Shown one piece after another: positions 25,142 to 36,310 of a DNA stretch of 64,000 bases. The notes under the pieces are model-generated. The model was given only the letters and a program-made list of their open reading frames with translations, was not told where the DNA came from and made no database searches. Where the stretch lies: assembly GCF_964355755.1 (NCBI RefSeq), contig NC_092674.1, positions 15,004,001-15,068,000 of the forward strand, in the 5' to 3' direction. Origin of the DNA: Antedon mediterranea (Eukaryota > Animalia > Echinodermata). Within the stretch, counting starts at the first letter, position 1. The number at the start of each line of letters is the position of its first letter. The translations under genes were made by a program, and so were the position numbers.

Positions 25142-26413
25142 AAGAGCATCAATTTAAAGTTTAAAACAAGATCAAACATCATGAGGCTCGTAGACAATCC
25201 TGGTCAAAAAATAACACAGGATCATGTAAGATATGTATTACTAAGGAAAAGAAACAGTAAACCACTTTTTGTTTAAATGTCATTCATCAAACTCTGTTAT
25301 TGAAAATAATTTAAGTATATGTATAATTGGGATAATTTTAATTGTGGATCTCAAGAATTATAACACCACTATATGCTAGACAATTTATTCACTGCGAATG
25401 AACATTAGGAAAAATTTTGATTTTATTGTAAAAAATATTTAATGAACTAGATGGTTCCCGAATTCATCAGAGTAAAACAAAATGGCGATTTCAAATGTAT
25501 GTACCGCAGGACAATGTCATTTACAGGAACGATACATAGACACGGTGATTTATGTAGTCAACAGCATCCTGGAGATTACTTTCGAAAGAGAAAGTCACAA
25601 AATGAGTCAACATTTTTAGTCGCGTGGACGCGACTCTATAGTTCACTATGTCGGTCGGTCGGTCGGTCTGTCTGTCGGTCTGGTATCACTATGCGTTTTA
25701 TCGCTTTCTGACCTTATCTTGATATCAGTTTAATCTAGCTAAGTCAATTTTTCACAGTATATTCCTTATGACAATGTCATTTACAAGAGCATCAATTTAA
25801 AGTTTAAAACAAGATCAAACATCATGAGGCTCGTAGACAATCCTGGTCAAAAAATAACACAGGATCATGTAAGATATGTATTACTAAGGAAAAGAAACAG
25901 TAAACCACTTTTTGTTTAAATGTCATTCATCAAACTCTGTTATTGAAAATAATTTAAGTATATGTATAATTGGGATAATTTTAATTGTGGATCTCAAGAA
26001 TTATAACACCACTATATGCTAGACAATTTATTCACTGCGAATGAACATTAGGAAAAATTTTGATTTTATTGTAAAAAATATTTAATGAACTAGATGGTTC
26101 CCGAATTCATCAGAGTAAAACAAAATGGCGATTTCAAATGTATGTACCGCAGGACAATGTCATTTACAGGAACGATACATAGACACGGTGATTTATGTAG
26201 TCAACAGCATCCTGGAGATTACTTTCGAAAGAGAAAGTCACAAAATGAGTCAACATTTTTAGTCGCGTGGACGCGACTCTATAGTTCACTATGTCGGTCG
26301 GTCGGTCGGTCTGTCTGTCGGTCTGGTATCACTATGCGTTTTATCGCTTTCTGACCTTATCTTGATATCAGTTTAATCTAGCTAAGTCAATTTTTCACAG
26401 TATATTCCTTATG
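25142..26413 (+). repeat. near-identical 629-bp tandem duplication (period 643) with 14-bp filler
   Basis: 25142-25770 matches 25785-26413; identical ORFs called at 25451 and 26094; includes a Helitron end and a HINE 5' part. Confidence 0.9.
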
Positions 26414-26645
26414 GCCAGGAATCGATGTGGTTATGTTTTCACGGTGCGCAATAAAAAATTACGCGGTCTACGCACGATTTAACGAAATCACCATGAATCA
26501 CAATTAAATAAAATTTGGTACTCATAAATTTCCGGGCATAAATCATCATATGGCAATACAATTACGTGCGTAGCGCATGTAATGCATGCGTACGCGCGCT
26601 TAAAATTTTCAAAATTTATTTTCGATGAAATAAGAGTAGGCCTAC
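26258..26645 (+). mobile_element. HINE 5' half, interrupted by Academ
   Basis: colinear with ~31327-31730 until tagtctagtagg at 26646. Confidence 0.8.
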
Positions 26646-29600
26646 TAGTCTAGTAGGAAATGGGGGTTCCCATGCACCCCTAAGGTATGTTTTTTTAATG
26701 TGATTTTTTATAATCTCAAGTATGTCTAGTAACCAGATCAGGTTGTTAACATTTTCAAATCGTGTCCCATGGGGTTGTTTTGACCCATTTAGTCGGCCAT
26801 GTTGGTTTTAACAAATTAACATTTTTTCGCATTTCTCAGGAACCAAAGGTCGTAGAAATATAATTTTGGTACCAAAGTACTCAGTATATGTATGTTTGTA
26901 TATGCTGTAATGAAAGTTTTTTGTATACAATTACGGGAAGTATGATTTTTGACCTATGACCTTGCTTTTAAATGGTGTCCATATCTCAAAAACTGGTTGT
27001 CATAGAAACTTTATTTTAGTCTCAAATTATGCAGAATACCAACATTTATATTCATGGTAATGCAAAAGTTTGTCCGAAAATGATCGGAAATGATATTTTT
27101 GACCTTTGACATAATTTCATTTACATTTTTACACAATTTTGTCCATATTTGAGGGCATTAGGAGTTCTTGATAACTAACAGACATAGAAATATAATTTTT
27201 GTGTCAAAGTACTCGCGATATGCATTTTATATTCACACTAATGAAAGTTTTTTTGTGAAAAATGACCGGAAGTAGGACTTTTGACCTATGACCTCAACTT
27301 TAAATATTTTCATTTTCTCAAAAACCAGTTGTCATAGAAACTTGGTTTTAGTCTCAAATTTTTCAGAATACTAATATTTATATTTATGATATTTTTTTAT
27401 CTTTAACATACTCTTTTCTTTTTTGTCAGGAGAAATTCTGTCCGTATTTTGTTAGTATTATCAGTTCTCGATAACTAACAGACATAGAAAAAACATTTTT
27501 GTGCCGATCTTTGTTAGTAACAATACACTAGGATAAATTCGTTGTTTAGTTATCAACATTCCGACCTTTAACCCTATTGAATGATTTTGTAATGATATAC
27601 CTTATCATTTTTAATTTTGAGATTAATACATACATACATGTATTAATTAATCTTCATTCGAGAGGAGTTCTTCTAGGATGTGACCATCCTCATCTAACTC
27701 TTCCTCGTCCAGCTCCTCAGATGTTTTCTCAATCAGATCAATGAGAGAAGGAGGAAGGACAGCACTTTGTGACCAAATTGGCTCTAATATGTTGTCAGTT
27801 TTCTGCCAGCCTTGTCCTTGGTCATATGGTTTTGGACACCAATAAATCCCTTTATCTGCTCGCTTGAAGATAGCAAGGCGGTGATTGACTCTCTCAACAT
27901 GTGGGACAAGATTATCTCTGCATGGTGGAAGGCGCGAGAGATCCATCTTTGATTTTATAGTCAGTTGCTCATCCTCGCCTACCATTTTCTTGAGCATAAT
28001 GCTGCGTACAGTATTTATCGACTGTTCACGGGAATGACCATACATCAAACATGTAAATGCCTCGATATCATCCATAACTTTCGGACTTACGGACCAGTCA
28101 TCACCTAGTGTTCTGAAGAAAATCATTTTAAAATGAGGACAGAGTACCAAAAATAATAATAACAAAATGATTACTATTAACGCACGAAAGATCATTACCT
28201 GAAGGCAGTTTGGTACTTGGGGTAGTTCTGTAATTTTTTTAATGGTCCAACTTTACCCTTGCCCTTGAATGCACTAGTTACGTCTTCTCCAGTGAACACG
28301 TATAATCCCATTAATGTAGTGCATTTTTCAGCTCCCTGAATTCTTGCTAGTTCACTTACATTCACAATCTTGCGATGTTTACCAGTCCCTGTATCTAGAT
28401 AAATTACTATTGGGATTGACATAGCATGATGAAGTAGGATCATAAATATATATGTGTCAGGCGTCCTCACAACTGCCGATTTATACCCCTTATTGGCAGC
28501 ATATTTAAGGTACAACACAACTCTGGTGTCAGTCTCCTCTTGATGGAACACATCATTACCATCACCAGTAATGATTTGTGGAGTAAGGAATGTAGAAATT
28601 TCATCTACAGCTTTCACCAGTGCTGTTTCAAGTTCTAAGCTGAAGTCGTATGTCTCACAATGACCCAACCTATTCAGAATAGTTGTCAATTGCTTACTGC
28701 GATAGAGATGTCTAATTGTGGTACTAAGGAGTATGTGCTTCGGCAACTTCCACTCGCCTTTTGTCACAGCACGGCATATATCCTAAAATAAATCAATATA
28801 TATATATGACAATATATGCATCAATGTATTGTGTAATTTTAAATATGCGTCGTGTACAAATAACATACCAATAAACTGTCGCAGAAGGCTTTCAAAGAAC
28901 ATTCAGTTATGATAACTGTTACGTACTGTAAATTTGTAAGAATAAATTTAAATGTGTCATACCTGGCCAATAGAAAGCACAATACGTCTTGTCTTTTCAT
29001 TCATGTTCTGCATGTTTTCATCATTAGATATAAGTATACTCAAAAAGCTCAAAAGATTTGGTGGAAGAAGTTTATCGGCTGCGTTGATTTCTAAATCACT
29101 TGCTGTAGGTGGCCACGGAAATGGCTTCATTTCTTTAAAACCTTGTTGTACAGAATTTTGAAGTTGCATCGCCATATTTTCATACTGGTTTTTCAATCCC
29201 AGTTTAGGCCTATATGCATAACTCACTGCATTAGCGACAGACAGATTTTTGCTAAAAACAACATTATAAGTAATACACCCCTTATCACCTGGGTTAACAT
29301 TTGTAATAGTAATGCATTTGCTTATATGGTGGTTCTCTAACTGTGCCTTGAGTTTCTCACTTCTATACTCTGGATTAGGGAATCATTTTCTCTAACTCTT
29401 TGACATAGATATCACGAAGTGATGACAATAGCATGACTTCTTGCTGCCCAATTACATGTTCTTGAATAAAATAAATTACATACGTCAATGCATTTAAGCG
29501 GGCCTCACCTTTAAGACCATTATCATTATCCACATTCAACGACTGGATGTATTTTACATACTTTAGGTTGAATTTTTTTCTGCATGATTGGTGGAAATTG

Positions 29601-30709
29601 GCGTCACGGGCAAACAGGTCTTCACCTTGCACTAAGCAATGTAGGTCTGTAATAAATTACCATTCCCTAACATATAGAGTAACATAGTATTTACATGAAC
29701 ATTCTAGAATAAGATGGTTTGATTTAAGAAACCATGTATAATTAATAAGAACAATCAAGAACATTCCAGAAGTGCTATTAATAGAAACTGTAATCATGTA
29801 ATAATGAGAAGTATAAAGAATGATCTAGAAGGATAGGAGCATCTTGTATATAAAGGGATGTAAACTATTGTAAGGTTGTTGGATTAGAGGTTGGATATTA
29901 TATTGTAAAGTTATTGTGAAACTGTTGTTTAAAGTGCTTACTGGATTGTTGAAAGTTGAAGTTGATTGAAATTAAAGCTTTATTTTTGAGTTATTTTACA
30001 ACTTTGTGGATGTTGTGTGTATACTTTTATGTCACAAGGGAGTTCCTAAAGTATTTTCAACCGCTCGGAAACATACGTGAGAGGAGTTCGTGACATAATT
30101 TGGTGGCAGCGGTTATTTCGATCTACTGTTCGACTTAACTGTGTATTTATCTACGGTTGTGATATTTTGTGGTAGCAGTTTGATCTACTGTATTTTGCCA
30201 TAGATTGGTGGCTGTTTTAGGATCAACTGTACTTTTAAAACATACGTGAGAGGAGTTCGTGACAAGGTCATGCATTCCTAGTGCAAGTGACCGAGGCTCA
30301 ATTTGTTTCCATGTGGGATCTTTAAATACACCATTTTCAGTTTTATAAACAGGAAACTTGATGCACCTTTCAGTCTTTCTAGACACTTTCAATTCAAGTT
30401 TATTACAAAAAATACACTCTGGTGGAAACAAACTGTTCGTAGTTGATGGTTGTTTACGATTTGAGCGGGAATTTTGAGCTACACTAGATGTTGCACTACA
30501 TTTTAAACGATGTTGGTTAATAATAAAGCGTTGGTAGCAACCACGATGATAACCAATTACATTCAAATCAGTATTTTCGAGATTCTCTGGAATACCTTTA
30601 CAGACATCCTCCATACGATAACGAGAATCATAAGGTTCGGTAAGTCGTTTGTCACGAATACTATGTAGCTGATTCAACTTCTCTGAGGCTGATCCCTTGA
30701 TATCAGTGA
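26646..30709 (-). mobile_element. 5'-truncated, internally deleted Academ
   Basis: YHRGCYQRF, CIFC, GEDLFARDANFHQSC, PKHILL..RHLYRSKQL..LNRLGH, QEETDTR, TGEDVTSAFKGKGK, LPPC..GW; GT-AG introns at ~28783-28964 and ~28113-28198; DDE core missing between NDVFH and QEETDTR; subterminal repeats at 26700-27520. Confidence 0.85.
29648..30264 (+). mobile_element. internally deleted LTR retrotransposon (full 5' LTR, PBS, last ~27 bp of 3' LTR)
   Basis: 5-bp TSD AGGTC (29643-29647, 30265-30269); TG..CA LTR at 29648-30095; PBS TGGTGGCAGCGGT at 30101-30113, complementary to the tRNA-Leu 3' end; removal restores the Academ frame (MHDLHCLVQGEDL). Confidence 0.85.
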
Positions 30710-32036
30710 GCACCTGGCCTTTAATGGTAGGTTCCATAGAGTGGTCATTGGGGGTATATCCTCTAAATGGCTTCCTATTCATTCCGGTGTCCCTTATTAG
30801 GGATCAATTCTTGGTCCTCTACTTTTCAATCTTGTTGTCAATTATATTCCAAAAACTCTTTACCCACTCCAGATGTCTTATGTTTGCTGATGATGTTACA
30901 AAATTATTGGTTTAGTGTTGAGGATGCTGACAGGCTTCAAGTGGACTTAGACAAATTATGTTCTTGGGCAGCTTTATGGGGTATATCCCTCAATCCAGTA
31001 AAGTGCAATATCTTAACTATTACTTTGAAAAAGAACATTTTATTTCATAATTATTTAATTAATGACAATCCCATTAATAGGGCGCAATCGCAAAAAAGAT
31101 TTGGTATTTTTATCGATAGTTCCTTTGTTTTTCTTTTCATATTGATTATCTTGTTGGCAAGTGCAATAGACTGCTTGGGCTGATGTGGCGTAATTGTAAC
31201 ATTTTGACAGGTAAACCAAAATCCACCTTTATTTTTCAATTATCCATCCAATTCTCAACTTTAGTTCTGTTATTTTTATTCTATTACGAAAACTCAGTCT
31301 ACGCACATTCAGCGTCTGCATAACCGTTTTTAGTCGCGTGGACGCGACTCTATAGTTCACTATGTCGGTCGGTCGGTCGGTCGGTCGGTCTGGTATCACT
31401 ATGCGTTTTATCGCTTTCTGACCTTATCTTGATATCAGTTTAATTTAGCTAAGTCAATTTTTCACAGTATATTCCCTTATGGCCAGGAATCGATGTGGTT
31501 ACGTTTTCACGGTGCGCAATAAAAAATTACGCGGTGTACACACGATTTAACGAAATCACGTTTGTAATCATATCTTCACAACCATGAATCACAATTAAAT
31601 AAAATTTGGTACTCATACATTTCAGGGCATAAATCATCATATGGCAATACAATTACGTGCGTAGCGCATGTAACGCATGCGTACGCGCGCATAACATTTT
31701 CAACATTTATTTTCGATGAAATAAGAGTACGTTTCAGGCAATTTTAAGCGTTTACAAAATTGCCATGAGTGCGCAGATTTTTGCGCGCGCACTGCACGTT
31801 AAATGTTTTTGCGCACTCTTTTTGCCCGATTTCTGTTTTCTTGACTTATTTTTCAACTCGAAATTACGTTATACGAGCACGTCAAACGTGACAGGCTACG
31901 CACGTGTAAATTAAAAAAATATAAATGTTTTTGAACATTTCAACATTTTTAAACATGTAATTTCGGTCAGTTGGTAGGTTGGTCGGTCGGTAAACACTAA
32001 TGAGCACGCGACTGCAGCCATCTATATGGCCTTGTT
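30710..32036 (+). repeat. inverted duplicate of 23441-24779 (CR1 RT fragment + full HINE 31327-32036)
   Basis: near-identical reverse complement; paired ORFs 24369/30767 and 24574/30697. Confidence 0.9.
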
Positions 32037-35000
32037 TAGTCAAATTTAAAAAAAAAAACGATTTGTGTTTTGTATGTTGAAGGACGAGGGAAATGATGGG
32101 TGCAAAAAGGAACAATTTTAAATATATTCGTTATTCATTCAGTAAGAAAATATTAATTGTTTTCATGTTTTAAAAATAATATACCACTAAACACAGTAAA
32201 ATATTGCGATTTAAAACTTTGTTGAAACTGTGGCATTACTTTACAAAATGAGTCCAAATGTTTGAGTCAAATTTACACAAATAGTGTAGTCGATCAAAAT
32301 AGTAAGTACATGTAACGATACATCACTACGACGTTTATATTTTTTCGTAATTACAGTATAATTAATACAAACGTTGAGAAGCAGCTGTCTGTAATAAAGT
32401 TTATTTGTATAATTATAAACAGTTTGTGAAAAACACCTCTATTTAATTGTCAATAAATAATTATCTAACTCTTAATTAACTTAATTAGAGGCCTAATGAT
32501 TTTCAATTATTTCTTAGAGCCAATTTATACTTAAGTTGGTTCCTATCCACAAAGTTTTTTTGCGTTAGGGCACGTGATCCTTCGTACTGTAGGCCTATCC
32601 TAATTTGTTTGTATCTTAGAGCCCTGTCTTAGAACCAAGAGTTCACGGTACTTAGTTATTTACACGGGTAAGTATAGTTCCTACCCACCAAAGTTTGCTG
32701 TAACTGTGCTTAAGAAAGCAACTAACTCGGATAAGTAACTAATGCCTAAATTATGTGATACAGTGGTTTTGGTAAATCGTTTAACCTAAATTCGCTTTTA
32801 TCATTAATAAATAATTATCTAGGTCTAACTCAACTTAATTAGTAGGCCTGGTGGTTTTTAATTGCTGGTACAATTTAGTACGGAAAGTATTAACTCATTT
32901 TCTAAAGAATTGAGAAAAAGGTTACGCGCGATTTACTGAAATGTCCTTAACACTAACAGCTAGTGTATATCTCACCTCTGCAGTCACCGATTTTTTTAAT
33001 GGATGAAATTTCTGTTATGAGTGTACTTGCCTTTGTGTTATTACGCCTGAGGGAATAGACACTTGTGGAAGAAACACGATTGAAATGTTCCATTCTTCGC
33101 GAATCAATACTTTGTATAAACGTGTATTAAATCTATCAAAATTGTATTTTGTAAAGAAAATCGACTTTTCTTCACTGCATTATGATGCTGTAATCGAGCT
33201 GTTTAACCAATTTTCAAAATCAAAAACAATTATCGTAGGAGGATAGGTAAATGCGAAGCATTCTCGTATTATTTGTGCGGGTATCTTTCGGCATCGACAT
33301 CCGTTCGGAAAACATATCTTTTAAGATTTTAGGCCATTTCAAATTTCACCTCAGACACTGTCCGATTCCTCAGAACTCGTAAACCGTACATCCTAGAAAC
33401 ACGAAAATAATGGAAAATGATGCAGAAGTACTACTTTCTTTCATGTTTAATAAAAACATATGCATTTAACTCAATACTATAGGAGTTATTTTTAAAAATA
33501 GATCAGAACCTATTTCAAAATGGAAATAGATACATTAATATGATATTTTAAATAATAAATAAATAACTGTAATCCAACCCTCTCACAAAGATTTACTTAA
33601 AAGTATAATGGAGTCGCAGAAATCTAAAGGCCGTGCTCGGATTAGAAAATGACAAACCAATGCCATGGATACTGTTTACTTTAGTAAGGTTATTTGTAAA
33701 AGCTCCATCCTTATTAATTTTATCATAATCAAAATGTTTTATACTAACAGTATAACATGTTTTCCATGCAAACCATTCTAGATCACAATTTTAATTACAT
33801 TAAAATATAACGTTACATTATATTTTTTTGGGTAGCTGGTAGCTGGTAATACTCTAGACCATGGATAAGCAAAATCTGGACAAATGAATACATGACTTAA
33901 AAAAACACTGTACCGACCATGAGACACTCAGTATTATACTATTACCATCGACATATAGATCTGTTTCAAAAGGTGTGGGTAGGGGAAAAGATCGAGCAAA
34001 TTTCGGCAGGGAGTGAGATGGCTGCCAAGAGCTCTCCCCGGTGGAAGCCCGGCTACTTTAGCAATTGTAGGTTGTTTTAATTGATTTCCACATCAATATA
34101 GTCATGTCAAATAATTGATAGGAGGCTAAATAAATATAAACAATTTTGCACGTGACGTCCACAGTGTATCAGAAACTGATACGAACAAATAACTTTAGTT
34201 ACTTTGGAATTTCTGGTAAGTTACTGTGGGATTGATGGACTTGGTGGAAGGGACATTACTACCTCAGTCTCACCGTGGTTGGAACTTGGAAATATGAATT
34301 TTGTGAGTAGCCCGGCACTATTTAGTCACTAAAAATCTCTGTACCGGACTACCTACACAAGGTTTGAAGAGGAAGAATATAGACCTGGAAAATTCACTCA
34401 TTAAAGTTTGTGTTCACAGTACCCACACTCAATTTGCGATTCAAATTTCGACCAAAAATGCTGTCTTCAACATTATAATGCTGTACTCGAGCGGTTGAAC
34501 AGGTTTTCAGTTATTAAAAACAAATCGTAGGAGGAGATAGGTAAATGCGAAGCATCCTCGCATTATTGTGTGCGGATATTTTTCAAGATGGACATCCATT
34601 AGACAGTGTAGGCCTATACCACGACCGGAAAACACACCAATTTGGGGCAAATCGTTGAACCTAAATTCGTTTGAATTAATCAATAACTAATTATCTAACT
34701 CAATTTAATTAGAAACAGGGTTACATCAGGTGGTTAACATCAGTACCAAAAGTACGAACCAACTTTATACCATCGAATAAACATTCTAGAAGTAACACGC
34801 GATTTACCGAATTTTGCTCTTACGTAAATTTATATATAGAAGCATTGGTTACTAGATCTACAATATTATCAGCGTTACCTCTGTCGTCAACACGTAACTA
34901 ATAAATTAATAATAGAAAACAAGTACAACCGTCTTTATGAGGATGTATATGTAATCTGTAAATTTATTAGGCCCTATTATTATTTTTTAATGATATCCTG

Positions 35001-36310
35001 TTATTTTTTGGTTTATGATATATTTTTTTACTGTTTTTTTTGGTTTTGTTTTTTGGTTATATTGTACAGTTTAAATATTGTTATTTCCATACCATGATTT
35101 AATTAATTAGTTTATATTTTGTTTTTTTTATGTTACGTATAAGTATTTAAAACTTTCAGGCTAATGTTATTTGCAATTGTCTGTAAAACTACTTCCTAGT
35201 ACCTCATAGATTCACCATCATCATCTTATTATCCAATTGGCTTAAGTTTCTAATTTATGTTTCTAATTAATTGTCTCTTATTATAAACACCACTTTTGTT
35301 ATAGGCCTATAATGGTTTTTTTTTAAAATACATATTTTTAAAATAAAAGCCACGAGAGGGAGGCGCCGTGACGACGACGGGAAGTCGTTTTTGTATGTAA
35401 TGTTAATATAGTTACATACTATTAACAAAATCAATTTAATGTTTTAATGTTTTATTCACAATTACATTTACAACAACAAAATAACAACACCCAACACGCA
35501 ATACTAACACTAACAGTCCCCCTAGATATGAAAAATAAAACACAATGATAGGCCTATATTAAGTGATAATACGTAGGGCGTGTGTTCGAGGAAAATGGTA
35601 ATAGGCTATATCGATATGATATGAATAGATTTGCAACACATTTTATTCTTCTTCTCAACCAAATAGTTTTAATAAGCTAGTGGCGCTCCTATCCCGATCT
35701 TCAGACGATAGGTAGGCCTATAGAGTGTGCGCGGCGGAGAGAGGAAAATCAGACGGCCGAACGGATTGTCATCTTTCTTCGCATGCTGCTGTGTACTACT
35801 CTGTAGGCTACGTATGCAGAGAAGTAATATGTCATCGATTAGGCCTAATGTATTATTACTATTAATAACAATCGATTACGAGGAGGTAAGGCCAGATTTA
35901 AAGAAAGAAAGTAGGCTATAACGTATGTTATTAAGATGGATGGGTGATTGTAACAATATAAAAAATAATACTGGCTAGCTGCCTGTTGTAGGCCTATTTT
36001 CGGTGGCCGTACGCGTCCTCTCGACGGCATGCAGTAATTAAAAGAGAAGAGGAGAGAGAAGTTTCAAGCCCGTTTTCAACAACGTGCTTTTTGTATTCGC
36101 GGATCCTCCTATTCTTCGGCATTCATTTATAGCCTACACGAACGAAATAAATAATGGAATGGATGAAGAAAGAGATCACAAATAATAACATGATGTTTTT
36201 TTCCCTGAAATGTGTTAAAAAATGTTCTTCAAGCCTATATTTATTAGCCCATATTACAAATCAAAAGTTAAATACATTAGGCCTAGCCTAGGGGGCGGGG
36301 AGCGGAGGCC

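Larger units (their letters stand above)
26090..34840 (-). mobile_element. compound/nested Helitron copy (same family as 3223-4528)
   Basis: 26090-26257 matches ~3260-3450; homology resumes at 32036 after the nested HINE/Academ block; partial repeats at ~32420-32950, 33085-33320 and 34460-34840, ending ttatatataga. Confidence 0.65.

Noticed and set aside
25451-26354. Duplicated 86-aa gene
   Set aside because: The ORF spans a Helitron/HINE junction and a microsatellite; its identity is due to the tandem duplication
33329-33350. TA|GGCC-starting sequence as parent of the footprints
   Set aside because: No matching inverted end was found, so it cannot be called a TIR
33960-34400. Gene fragment captured by the Helitron
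   Set aside because: GC-richer, but no frame gives a recognisable protein
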